DNA of 63,897 bases, the filler included, from Chiloscyllium plagiosum (Eukaryota): NCBI RefSeq assembly GCF_004010195.1. It is 5 parts of one record of this genome, joined end to end, with 100 filler letters (N's around TTAATTAATTAA, not from the genome) between each part and the next. Parts side by side here need not be neighbours in the genome. Positions count along the whole stretch, not along the records: positions 48,322 to 61,310 come from NC_057717.1; 4 more parts are not named here. The stretch is one strand, 5' to 3'. This document shows, one piece after another, positions 48,322-61,310 of the stretch (position 1 is the stretch's first letter; every line of letters begins with the position of its first letter). Below the pieces are notes generated by a model. That model searched no databases. It worked only from the letters and a program-made list of their open reading frames with translations, and was not told where the DNA came from. The position numbers were made by a program, and so were the translations under genes.

Positions 48322-48611
48322 GCATCCACGATTTCCCGAGCCATCTCCTTCAGTACCCTGGGATGCAGACCATCAGGTCCCGGAGACTTATCAACCTTCA
48401 GACCTAACAGCTTCTCCAACACCAAATCCTGGCAAATATAAATTTCCTTAAGTTCAGGTCCTTCAGCCACTGTTACCTCAGGGAGATAGCTTGTGTCTTC
48501 CCAAATGAACACAGATCTGAAGTACCCATTTAATTCCTCTGCCATTTCTTTGTTCCTAGTAATATATTCCCCTGTTTCTGTCTTCAAGGGCCCAATTTTT
48601 GTCCTAACCAT
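48322..48611 (-). mobile_element. Relatively well-preserved CR1 ORF2 fragment
   Basis: MVRTKIGPLKTETGE...EMAEELNGYFRSVF...LKVDKSPGPDGLHPRVLKEMAREIVD, all in one frame. Confidence 0.93.
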
Positions 48612-51089
48612 TTGAAAGAACAAAGAGCAAAGAAAATTTACAGCCCAGGAACAGGCCCTTCGCCCTCCAAGCCTGAGCCGATCCAAATGAACTGTCTAAA
48701 CCTGTCGCCCAATTCCTAAGCATCTGTATCCCTCTGCTCCCCACCTACTCATGCATTTGTCCAGACACATCTTTTTTGAATCTGCCGTGCCTGCCTCTAC
48801 CACCTCAGCTAGCAACACGTTCCAAACGCCCACCACCATCTGTGTGAAGTACTTACCACGTATATCCCCTTAAACTTTCCACTCCTCGCTTTGAAAGCAC
48901 GACCTCTCGTTACTGAATCGTTCACCCTGGGAAAAAGCTTGTCTCTATCCACCCTTTCTATACCCTTCATGATTTTGTAAACGTCAGTCAGGTCCCACCT
49001 CAATTTCCTTTTTTCTATTGAAAATAAATCTTACCTACTCAGCCTCTCTTCATAGCTAGTATTTCATTCTGATTGGTAGAAAGATTAGTAAGTCTCGGTC
49101 ACATGGGATACAGAGGAAGCTAGTCACAATTGGCTTGAAGGAAGAGGGATATTTTTCAGACTGGGGGGCTTGTGAGCAGCAGTATGCTGCAAGAATCAGT
49201 ACTGAGTTCACTGCATTTCATAATTTATGTAAAGGAATTAGATATGAATATCAGGGCCATAGTGAGGAAGTTTACAGATTACATCAGAAAGGTGGTATAG
49301 TAGATTATCTCAGAGTACAACGAGACCACAATTGGATGGGGCAAAGGGGCAAGGAGTGACAGATAAAGTTTAATTTAGATAATACGAGGTTTTGCATTTT
49401 GTAAATGCAAATCAGGGCAGAAGTTATACACTTAATGGTAAGGTCCAGGGGCGTGTTGTGGAAAAAAGGGACATAGGGCGGCAGGTGCACTGTTCCTTGA
49501 AAGTGGAGTCGCAGGTAGACAGTGTGGTGCAGAACACATTTGGCACATTTGCCTTAATCAGTCAGAGCATTGAGTATAGGGGTTGTGGTGGCATGTTGCA
49601 TCTGTACAGGATGTTGGTCAGGAGGGATATTGGCCAAATGTTGGCAAATTGGACTGGATCAGATTTGATATCTGATCAGAGTGAACAGATTCGACTAACG
49701 GGTCTGTTTCCGTTCTGCATGACTCTTTGATTTTATAAGAGGGATGATGAAAAATTCTGAAACGACCTTTCAAGTCAGAATTCTCTTCACTGCAAGTTTA
49801 TCGTGCCTCTATGGTCAGATTGATTGAAAGCTGCGTTAGGTAAATATTTGACAGAGAAGTGAGTCATGCATAATGGGATACAGACAGGAAAGTGGAGCTG
49901 ATACCCCAACCTGATCAGGCACAATCTTAGCGCCTGGTGGAGCAGGCTCAAAGTGTCTAATGACCCACACCTGCTCCCCAGTCCCATGTTTCTGTGTTCC
50001 ATTCAGCCCCTCAAATCTGCTGGACAGGAGCAGTTGGAGGCCACTTACTCCTGTAACCTGTTGCACAGAAACAAAGGAGACCAATCGGCCCTTCAAGACT
50101 GTCACACACGCTTTGAGGTGATTTGGGAAATTTATTTGGTAAACCCAGGCTGGGTGTGAAAGAGGCCCCTCATCTCTCTTCACGAGCTTCCCCTCTCTGC
50201 AATTTGTTCTTCATTTGTTGATCATGTGGTAGACCCAGATTCACTGAATAAAGCCCATATACCTCATCCAGCGATGGCTCACAAAACCCTCTGGTCTCAC
50301 TGACAGCAACATTCAATAACAGAACATTCATGAAAATAACACCCACTAACTTTCCAATCACAGAATGTGAGAACATCAGATACAGGGGCAGGTTGTGTTC
50401 ACTCCCCAAACCTGCCTTGCACGTCACTAAGATCGTGGCTGATCTGCTCTCGTTCTGAAATCCACTTAAATGCCCAATTCCTCATAGCCCTCACCTCTCT
50501 GACAGCTCAATGTCCATTTACCTCCTTTACAAATACTTTCAGTCATCAAGCTCTCCGAACACATTTGAGAAGAGAAATCCAGACATTCAATACTACCTGT
50601 TTGAAGAAAACACTTGCTGCTCCTATATCATGGCATATTGATATGAACAAAAGATATTGACACAAGAGTTCAGATAAAAATTACTCGCCTTGATATCAAG
50701 GCAGTGGCTGACTTCTGTCGACATCAAGGACTTTCACAAAACTGGTTTTAATGGGAATCAGAGTAAACTCTCGAGTGTTTGGAGTCAAACATTGCACAAA
50801 GGAAGATGTTTATCACCTCAGTCCAGGGTCAGTTCTATGGGAGATCCTCAGGGTAGCTTCCTCTTCACAAACACCTTCAGCTGCTTCATCAATGTTTCCC
50901 CGCCCCCACGCCCACCCCCACCCTCCCCTCCATAAAATCAGAGGTGGGGATGGTCACTGAAGATTCCACAATGTTCAGAATAAGTTGTCGGCCCTGTCAA
51001 CTTCTGAACTGGCCTGTGTCCAAGGGCATCAAGACCCTGACTCCATTCAGGCTTTTGCTGTTAAAGTGTCCCTAACATTCATGTAACAG

Positions 51090-51411
51090 CCCTCGGCAAA
51101 AAGGAAAATTCAGGAATTGAAAACAGCATCAAGAGCAAGTTCAGAGAGAGTAGCAGCCAGGAGACATTCCCTGAAGCTTCCAACTCTGGGGAGACCCCTA
51201 TAGTTTTTGATGTCACTGAGAAACCAAAACCCAATGATCATAATCTGTGAGAGCTGGCCACACACATTCAGGCTGCATTAAAATAAACCCAAGACCTCCC
51301 TCGCTGTTTACTCAAGTGGTCTTAACTTGCCAGCTGGTTAACAATCGTTCAATCACTCTCTTAAAAGAAACCAGGACAAAAAAAACCTCTTAAATCTACA
51401 GCATCATCACA
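51090..51411 (-). mobile_element. Probable LTR fragment
   Basis: Minus strand begins TGTGATGATGCTGTAGATTTAAGAG, similar in style to the LTR start at 60653 (TGTTATGAAGC...CTTTAAGAC). Confidence 0.4.
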
Positions 51412-51589
51412 CTTGTCAGCACATCGAGCTGTCAAACAGGAACCAGTGTTAACCCAGTCAGGCACTCGGCTTTGTCCAATCAAACGAGGAAAAAGCCAAT
51501 CAGTCCCTTGAGTCACTTACACAGCAACAGTAGGAGGCCATTCCCATCTCAATGCACTTACACGGGGGCAGAACGATGTAATAGATGCT

Positions 51590-51719
51590 GATTCCTGATG
51601 AATGTCTGATGCACGAAACGTCGATTCTCCTAGTCCTCGGATGCTGCCTGATCTGCTGTACTTTTTCAGCAATCGATTCTCTACTCTGATCTCCAGTATT
51701 GGCAGTCCTCGCTGTCTCC
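51590..51719 (+). mobile_element. Solo PLE terminal repeat with a hammerhead-like core
   Basis: ttcCTGATGAatgtctgatgcacGAAAcgTCgattctcc. Flanked by taatagatgct (51579-51589) and taatcgatgct (51720-51730). Confidence 0.85.
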
Positions 51720-52596
51720 TAATCGATGCTCTAACATGATGAACAAGTGGAGCAGAGGGTACACAGACAGACTGCTCCACGTTGTTCCTTGCGGTTCCGT
51801 TGTTTATGATACACACGTGGGACTATAACATGGTTGTCTAGTGGTGAGTAGGGAAGCCACATGTCTTGTTTGAAATCTCAAAAAGGCATCTTCCATCTCC
51901 GAGAAGACAGTCTGTAGGGCGGAAGCTGGTGGGAATGGATACCTGTTTCAGATCGATGGTATTGTGGCGGATGTTGGGGATTGTGAGCAACCTGACGTTG
52001 CATACGGGTTCACACACTGACTGCACAATAACATGGGGAGAGTTAGTAAAGGGATATAAACTATTAGGAAAGCCACGTTAGACTGATGAATGGACTCTCT
52101 AAGTTCACATAATGGTGATCTTGCTCATGTTGATCTTGTCGAGTGCACGTCCTGTTCAGCGTAACCTGTATGCCTTACTCTGTCCAAGTCTATTTCCACC
52201 CTATGATCTTCTGGCCATGCTTACGATGATCTTCCTCCACTGCTCATAAATAAAGTGCTTCCCTGTACTGAGGTCCACGTGGCAATAAATCCAACCAATC
52301 AATCCTGGGTAAAGAATGGAATTTTCTCCCTGTCAATGTCTCTTCTCGTGTTTCAGCATCGCCATTTCTTCGTCTCTCAGAGATTAAACACTCAGCTTCT
52401 TTACACTATCCTCATGTTACCATCATCCGTGTCTATGGTAAGATCATTCCTGACAAAGGAGATCAAATCTGTGGACAGTGCCCCAAATGCTCTCTCAGCA
52501 AGGCTCTACAACATCAGGAAGATGGCTTTACTTATGTCCTCGAATAATCGTACAATGAAGCACAGCATACCATTGTCTTCACCCATTACTTACACA

Positions 52597-53507
52597 GGGT
52601 TTGATTCGGAGCCGTCAGCATAGACTTGTGAGTGGGCGATCATGCTTCCCAAATTTGTTAGAGTTCTTTGATGAAGTGACCAAGAAGGAAGACGAGGGCA
52701 GAGCGGTAGACGTAGTCCCTATGGATTTCAGTAAGGCCTTGGACAAGTTCCCACATGGCAGCCTGCACTGGATGGTTACATCACGTGGAATGCTGGCGAA
52801 ACTGGCCAGTAGGAAACACAGTTGGCTTGATGGTAGGAAGCAAGGTGTTTAGTGGAAGGATGCTTGTCAGACTGGAGGCTGGGTCCATAGCTGTATGTTT
52901 TCTATGATTTTGTTGAGAATGTACAAGGCAAGATTAGTAAGAATGCAGATGACGCTAAAATAAGTGTTAGCGTGATCAGTGAGGAAGATTATCAGAAATT
53001 GCAGCAGACCTTTAATCAGGTGTGGATGTGGGCTGCGAAATGGCAACTGGAATTTAATATATATGTGTGGGCTCTTGGATTTTGGAAACTCAAATCAAGG
53101 TTGGAGTTTCACGGTGAATGGGCGGGCCTTAAGGGGTGCAGTGGGCAGAGAGACCTTGGCATTCAGGTGCATGGTTCTCTGAGAGTGGAGTCACAGGTAG
53201 ACAGGGCAGTTTGAAGGCTTTTGGCACACTGGCCTTCATCAGGCAGGATATTGAGTATAGAAGTTGGGAATGTATGCTGCAGTAACACAGACCTTTGTTC
53301 AGGCCGCACTTGGAGTATTGTGTTCAGTTTTTGTCACCTTGTTATAGGTAGGATGTTATGAAATTAGAAAGACTGCAGAATAAATTTACAAGGACGTTGC
53401 CAGGACCCAATGGTTTGAGTTATAGGGAGAGTTGGACAAGCTCGGTCCTTTTTTTAGAGTGTAGGAGTTTGAGGGGAGACCTTATAGAGCTGTATAAGAT
53501 CATGAGG
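52597..53507 (+). mobile_element. Decayed CR1 RT region
   Basis: SGRSCFPNLLEFFDEVTK...AVDVVPMDFSKALDKFPHG; LRGDLIELYKIM. Confidence 0.93.
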
Positions 53508-55699
53508 NNNNNNNNNNNNNNNNNNNNNNNNNNNNNNNNNNNNNNNNNNNNNNNNNNNNNNNNNNNNNNNNNNNNNNNNNNNNNNNNNNNNNNNNNNNNN
53601 NNNNNNNNNNNNNNNNNNNNNNNNNNNNNNNNNNNNNNNNNNNNNNNNNNNNNNNNNNNNNNNNNNNNNNNNNNNNNNNNNNNNNNNNNNNNNNNNNNNN
53701 NNNNNNNNNNNNNNNNNNNNNNNNNNNNNNNNNNNNNNNNNNNNNNNNNNNNNNNNNNNNNNNNNNNNNNNNNNNNNNNNNNNNNNNNNNNNNNNNNNNN
53801 NNNNNNNNNNNNNNNNNNNNNNNNNNNNNNNNNNNNNNNNNNNNNNNNNNNNNNNNNNNNNNNNNNNNNNNNNNNNNNNNNNNNNNNNNNNNNNNNNNNN
53901 NNNNNNNNNNNNNNNNNNNNNNNNNNNNNNNNNNNNNNNNNNNNNNNNNNNNNNNNNNNNNNNNNNNNNNNNNNNNNNNNNNNNNNNNNNNNNNNNNNNN
54001 NNNNNNNCCCAGGCTGTGGTGCCTAAAACAAGCAGCCACAGTATTAGATACAGACAGGTCATTCTGCATTGAGATGAGAATAAATGTCTGCACTCAGAGA
54101 CTGGTGAACCTGAAGAATGCAGCTGAACCTGGACACCAAGACTCTGAATATAAATAAGGATTTGGAGACAGTAAAGGGATGGTGCGAGAGCACGAGTACG
54201 GTGTCGAAATTATATTGAATTGAGTAGCAAACTCAATGGAACAAAGGAACTACTGCACTTCCTATTTTATAGCTTCCCAAAGTTAATAATATTAACGGAT
54301 ATATTCATTGTTTGGGATAAGTGCATTGTGGAGATGTTTGAAAATGAATGACAATGAGGAAGGCTCAATGTGCCCTTTCCCGATGTTTCTGTGCAGTCTG
54401 TGGGAAAGCTCTGTAAGTGTTGTCACAAGCTCTCAGATGTTAGGAAGGACGTCTCTGTAGGGTCAACAGGACTGTGTTTCCTGCTACCTTTTCTGATACC
54501 AGCTGGGGCTGGGAGTTCTGTCCAGGTTTATCCTTTAAGACCTCGAAGCAGTTTGCTACAATAGAGTGTCTTGCTTGCCCGATTCAGAGACAATTGAAAA
54601 GTTTATCCCATGTCTGTGCGTTTAGTCCAGACCAGGAAATCATGGGAGACTATCTTCCTAAAAGTACATTGGGGAAGACACTGGTGTTTATAATCGACTT
54701 TAGTTTCAAGGTCACTGTTACTGACACCAGATCTTGCATCTTAATGTTTTTTTCAATTGTTTTAAACTTCCACCAGCTGCCAGAGCATTAGCCTGGTCTG
54801 TATTAGTAATCCAGTCACATTTCCACAACAACACCATCTCCACATGGGGACCTATCTGAAACCACACTGAGCAGGATATTTCTGGGCTGCTTGACAGTTC
54901 TGTCAAAAAGAACTCCCACCAATGTGACTATTATGACTGGACTGAGGAGTGGTAATTGGTCAGATTGTAATTAGTCTCCTGTTAGGGGATCGGACATAGC
55001 TGAGTAATTTTCCACATTGCCAGGTCGGTGTCAGAGTTGGAGCTGGAATGAAGCAGTTTCCACAGGGACACGGCTTGTTATGCAGCACAAGTCTTCAGTC
55101 CTATTGCAGGAATGGTGTCAGGGCCCATTGCCTTTGTTGTATCTACAGTGTTCAGCTGTTTCTTCATGTCACGGGCAGCAAATCGAATTTGTTGAAGACT
55201 GGCATCTGTGATTCTGTGGGCATCATGACGAGAGTGAGGTGGATTATCAACTCAACACTTCAGGCTGAGAATGGTGCAGATAAACATCCTTGTGTTTTAC
55301 ACTGGTGTACAGGGCAGTTCTGTTATGCAGTATGGGGATACTTATGGAATCCTCTCCTCCAGTCATTTGTTTAATCTTCCATCACCATTTATTAGTGAAT
55401 GTGGCAGGGCTGCGGAGCTTCGATCAGATCTGTTGGTCAAGTGCGGTAGCTTTAATGTGTTAGCATCAGGTTTAATTTCACATGGTTCTGACCCTGAAAT
55501 GTTCACCCACAGTCATTACTGAAACACATGTCGTATTGATGGTAATGGTAGATTAAGGAGATTATCCCTGGGCAAACATGTTACAGATTGTGGTTAATGA
55601 TGTTCTGTTTCTCCTTCTGCTGTGGTCTACAGCACTACGTAAATACGCAGTTTTGAGCTGCAATATCTGTAATACAATTCTGCTGTCTGCCCCTTAGTT

Positions 55700-55830
55700 C
55701 ACATCGAGACCCATTCACCCTTCAGCCCTGTACTCAGTGACCTACTCTGGTTTATAATGCGGTAACACTTGCATTTTCATACTCTCATTCTGCTGAGGTG
55801 TCTCTCTCCGGATCATGCTTCCAATCTGAC
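55700..55830 (+). mobile_element. LINE-2 3' ORF remnant
   Basis: cttcagccctgtactcagtgacctactctgg...ttgcattttcatactctcattctg resembles the L2 (I)TPVL.DLHWL..RL.FKILIL motif. Confidence 0.45.
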
Positions 55831-56944
55831 ACATTCTGCAAAACCAATTAACTAATTTTAATTCAATTGTTTAATTCATCTGAATCTTTTTTTTGCCTTG
55901 AGTAATACCATCTTCCGTGTATAAAATGAAAGTCTTTCCCTCTGTTTCTCTCCCTGACCATGATTAAGAGCTCTGTAATGTCAGTGATGCCAGCCTTGTG
56001 TAGGTTCAGAGCCAATGAACTCTCTGGATTCTCAATCATCTTCACCACGTTGTATGTTTCCTCTTCTGGTTTGATGCTTTTTCCCTCATAGCTGCCTTGT
56101 CTTCCCTGAGTATGTTTCATCTTCTTTGGAATGAATTTCTGATATCCTTCAAATTATCCACAGCAACTCCTGCTTTTGCTGCTCCATGGTCTTTCCAGCT
56201 CGGCTCCCCTACCAATTAACTCTGGCCAGCTCCTCTCACATGTCATTGTAGTTACATTGCTCAATTATAATCACTATACATCAAGAAGAGAGCAATAGAT
56301 TTAAACCGAAAGAAAGAGTTTTGAGAGAAGGGATGTGAAGAATAATTGGTAAAATTCTTAACTAGATACAAAGAGAGAACTAGAGAGAGGATATAGATGA
56401 GAAAATGTTAAAAATGAGAAAACGTGATTATTGAAATGGTTAGATGTACATCCCTCAATGTTTTGGCAATGCTTGTGTGCTGTGGTTCTTTGTATAGTGC
56501 ATGTACAAGAGAGCAATGTGTTCAAATGCTGGTCTGATGGCAGAATTATTATCTCCAATGGTATGACAGACACTAACTTTGGAAAGAACCCAGCAGGATC
56601 AATATATTGAATTCCCGGTAGAAAGAGGATTAACTGAAATAAGTTGGGATACCCGAAGCAAGAATTTATAACACACAATCGTGAAAAGATTGAGAGATTA
56701 GAGAAGAGAATTCCAGTAAAGGAGGGAACTTTGAGAGAAGGGGAACATATCACTTTAGATGAGGATCAAATAATGTTTTAATATGTTAATGTTTTATAAA
56801 TTTTATACATCATGTGCATCATTTTTCGTTTACTGTGTTTCCATTGTTCGTTTAGAAATTTTCGTGCACATATGAAAACTGTAACTTATCTACACACACA
56901 CATTGATTAAACACTGTATAACATTATTTGTCCGCCATTGAAAT

Positions 56945-57345
56945 GGTCCTGTTGTCGTGTTACCTGGATACATGAACACCAACTGGCCACCAAAAGACAC
57001 GACCCACTATCACTATGTTCCATACATACAGACAAAGAAGGGCACCATTTTGACTGGGTCAAAGCACACACACATACTAAGACACACAAGGACGTTCTTA
57101 GAGGAATGGCATTCTAACCAGAAGTCCATCAATAAACACATTAATTTAGATCCTATCTACCTTCTCTTGTAAAACAAAAGAACTGGAAATGACATCACCC
57201 ACCTTGAAAAACCCAGACCTATAAATAGAGAAGTGGGACATACCACCAGCGCTTCAGCGGAGAATCTCATTGATTATGTTACCTAGTCATGGTACGAAAC
57301 ATCTAAAACAAACCTTCAAGCACAACGAGCTAACTTGCATACATA
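56945..57345 (+). mobile_element. Penelope-like 3' fragment (second family), diverged
   Basis: HEHQLATKRHDPLSL; FLEEWHSNQKSINKHINLDPIY; decayed hammerhead ttgattatgttacctagtcatggtacgaaacatct. Confidence 0.85.
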
Positions 57346-57469
57346 TAAACTGTTATTTTAATTTTATTAGTTGAATTTGGAAGTTCTCATGTTTTAATAG
57401 ATTATGATATGAGGTGAGCATTTCTGGATGTGTGGTTTTAATTAACAGAGGGGTTCGACATTGATGTCT

Positions 57470-58394
57470 TGACAGTTTGGGACCTTGCCGTATGGGATTT
57501 GGATAGATTTGAACAGATTTGGGGTTCAAAAGTTCCCAGCAGGTTCCAATACGTGGCAAATAGTGACCTAGATCTTCAAATAAAACCGGTGGGAAAACTC
57601 GTTTAATTTTGTTGACCTGTGATTGGTTAAATTACAAGTGAGAGAAATGGCTTTTAACATTACGAAAGATGTTGCCAAATTTGCCAAGGAAGTTTAGAAA
57701 GATACCAGGAATTTTTTTTAGAATTAGCAAATAGGTTGGAATTGGGTTTAACCAGGGACAAAAGGAAATCTGAAATTGTAATGGAGTTGGTCAAGCACTT
57801 TGGTGTATCAGAGAAACAGACAACTGCAGTAGAGTTAGAAAAAAACTTAAATTGCAAGTATGGCAACTGAAGTTAGAAGATAAAGAAAGAGATGGAAATA
57901 GAGAGAGAAGAAAGAGAAAGAGAGGATAAAGAAAGAGAGAGAGAATTTGAAATTCAGAAGTTGGGAATTACACAAGAAAGTTAAATTAACAGGATGGAGA
58001 TGAAGGGAGAACGTAGGGATGTATACAGCTATGTTAATATATTGCCATATTCCAAATCAAGATTGGGGAAGTCACAGTGAGAGTGTCAGTTCCAGGAGTA
58101 CAGTTTGTTCTTGTAGTTGGGATCCAAGATGGGAAAGGCACCCCTTGTGGTAGAGAAGGCAAAGGAAGACGAAGGAACTGGGGAGTTAAAAGAAAAAAAT
58201 ACCCAGGAATTTTCCAGACAGTGTAGCAACAAGGTCCCACTGTCATAACTTACAGTAGGAAGGAAAAACGAAAGAAAGAGACAAAGGAGTTGGTGTTGAG
58301 TTAACTGATACCCTGTGATGTAACAGTGCAGGAAAAACCTGAACAGGCAGAGGGTCAGGCAGAGGTGTTTAGTCCCAAAATGTAATGGATTTAG

Positions 58395-58451
<57 letters not shown>

Positions 58452-61310
58452 AGAGACAGAGAGAGAAAGAATTTAAATATATTGTCGAACGTTATTCACT
58501 TAAAGGTAGAATTCTAAAGTTAAAATGGAGACCACGACAGGTTAATGTAGAAGGCAAATGGGCTGAGGTGCACCAGATTGTGTTACTGGTAACATATATT
58601 ATTACGGGTAGCACATAAACTAACTGTAGGTGGTCACCGAGGTGTCTGGAAGATTCAGGCTAAGGTACACAAGCATTTCTAGTGGCCTGGAATGCACAAG
58701 GACACGGTTGTTTTTTGTTGTACATGTCAATCATGCCAAATGGTAGGTATGTCACAGGCAATAATAAGACCAGCTACTTTTTCACCAATTCCTGCATTCG
58801 AACAACCTTTCACATGGGTTATGATTAATTGTGGAGCTCCCATTTCTAAAGTAAAAGTGGAAACCAATATTTTCTGACCATAATGGATGTATCTACCAGA
58901 TTGCCAGAGACAATTCCATTACAGAGTTATGACAAGAAGGGAGGTGGAGGTGTTGGTAGCTTTCTTTGCGCGCTGTGGGCGAAGCAGTGAGATTTAGTCA
59001 GATAAAGGGTCTCATTTTCTCGTAATGATGTTTAAGGAAGTCATGGATAGCTGAGGCAAACAGCTCTTCAAATGAAGTCAATCCCAGTGAGCCTTGGAAA
59101 GTTAGCATCAGACGCTGAAGGCCATGTGAACAGCGTACTGTCAGGATTACCCAAATGATTGGGAAAAAGGTGTCCCATTAAATTGTTTGCCATCGGAGAT
59201 GCCCCAAATAAATCTACTCAGTTTACTTCCTTTGAGTTAATATTCGGACATGAAGTGAGAAGTCATTTGAAAATAATTATATATAAAGTGACAAGACCGA
59301 AGTCGGCGATCTCACAGTGAGATTATATATGTGAGGTTAGGGAGAGATTTTCCGAGTAGGTGAGTTAGCTAAACAGCACCTGAAGAGGGAACAGCCTAGA
59401 GTGAAGCAGGTGGCAGAAGAAATCTCTGAAAATTTGACAATTTCCCGTGGGGATGACGTATTAGTATTGCCACCAGTGGTAGGAAATCCCTTCAAAGCTA
59501 GGTTTAGTAGTGCCTTTCAAATTAAAACAAAATGTTGAGTGAGTTAACTATCTGTTAAGATACCGGACATAACAAAAACGTTAACAAGCATGTCATGTGA
59601 ATGAATAATGCACCATCCACATTGAGCACTCAGGAACAAAGTTGTGGCCGGATGAACAAATTCTGCAGTTTATCTGTATGATGTAGTGATCTTTAGCAAG
59701 TGATTGAAACCTCATATGTTATAGTTTGCAGAACATGTTGAACGATTACACGAAGCAAAACTGGTAATAAACTTAAAGAAAACATAATTTGCGAAGATAG
59801 AGGTCATGTTCTTGGGACATTACATTGGCCATGGAAGGTTGACCCCATGGAACACAAAGACGAAGGGCTTTGAGGAATTTCCACGACCATCCTCGAAGAA
59901 CGAGGAGCTTCATTGTTTGGGACTGAATGGGTTCTATCGGAAGTTTATTGCAAACCTTTGCAGCGTATCGGCGCCACTGCTGGATTTATTAAAGAAGAAC
60001 ATAGAATTGTGGTGGACAGAATAATGCCAGGAGGCATTTGAGAATTTTAAAGCAGCATTAATCACCGCACCAGTTTTAGCTACGCCAAATATTTTGAAAC
60101 CCATTGAAGATTATGTTAGATGCACCGGATACAGTGGTTGGAGATGTATTGATACAGAAAGATGACGATGGAATTGAATGGCTAATTGGCTACTTGTGGA
60201 AAAATCTCAATATCCACCAGAAAAAAAATACAGAATCTCCATTATTGGTAGAATTTCGGACTGGCCTAACAATATTTTAATGTTTTTATGAAAAAGAAAT
60301 TGTCGGATAGGGTTGTGGACAAGAGCAACAAACCTATCGCATTTTTTGGAATATTTAAAGACCAGAATATGGGACTATTTCATTGGAGTATTATGTTACC
60401 GACTTTAAACTTAAACAATGTACATGCTGTGGGTCCTAAAATGTGACAGCAAATGTGTTATAGCGGATTTAAAGGAAAACGTTCAGATAAGATTTGACTT
60501 ATTCCAGTATCATATAGGTGTGCAGAATTAATATGAATGGTATAGTGAGAATAATACTTTTGTATTTCATAATAATGGGATTAAGAATTTGAGGGAAAGG
60601 AATGATCATCTTTTCATTCTGATGGTTCATTTTCTTTTCTGAAGCAGGGAGGTGTTATGAAGCCGAAAGCATGTCTGGTCACTTTAAGACAGAACGGATT
60701 TTACTGAATAGAAAGTACACCCACAGATGCCAGCTGAAGGGTAGCCTGTTCCAAATGTCAACATTAGATGGGAAATGGACACCTGGGTTTTGGTTGCTGT
60801 TTTGACAGCAATTCAAATGCAACCAAAGAGTTCATATAACTCTCAAGCTACCAGAAGCCAAAGGAATGTGAATATTATTGTTTGCACACCTGGAAAGCAA
60901 TCAATTTATGAGAAATATTGTATCATTAGGAGTATGAACCCAGTGTTTTGAACACCAAAGGGAGAGCCACTGCCATCCAACAGCAGAGTAACTCCTGTAG
61001 AGCAGGAGTGTTAGCTGGCCTTTTCAAACACTCTCTATCAAAGATACATGTTCATGTCAAACCTACTTGCAGTAAAAATAACATGACGCAGGGAGATCAG
61101 CAGCTGAAGGACTGTACTCAGCGAGGAAGATATAGACTGTGTGGTCTTGAGATTGTAATGTTTAATATGTGGGTTGTTGAAACAGCATATTTTTACATAG
61201 TTGGAGCCAGATAGTAAGTACTTAAGAAAAGAGAAGCTTGTATTTGTGAATAGTTGTTGTATAGTGTTCGCTACTAAAGTTAATAAACTAACTTGTTAAT
61301 TTTTGTTTAA
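57470..61310 (+). mobile_element. Decayed Gmr1-like Gypsy LTR retrotransposon (gag - INT - RT - RNase H - PPT - 3' LTR)
   Basis: gag from ATG 57647 with an E/R-rich coil. Integrase ~58600-59600 (GGHRGVWK..KHF*WPGMHKD...CQSCQMVG...PIPAFEQPFTWVMINC). RT ~59670-60060 (YLYDVVIFS; FLGHYIG; LGLNGFYRKFIANL..VSAPLLDLLKK). RNase H to ~60470. Purine tract 60641-60652, then TG at 60653. Confidence 0.9.
58396..58466 (+). repeat. (CA)n(GA)n compound microsatellite
   Basis: Direct reading of the sequence. Confidence 0.97.
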
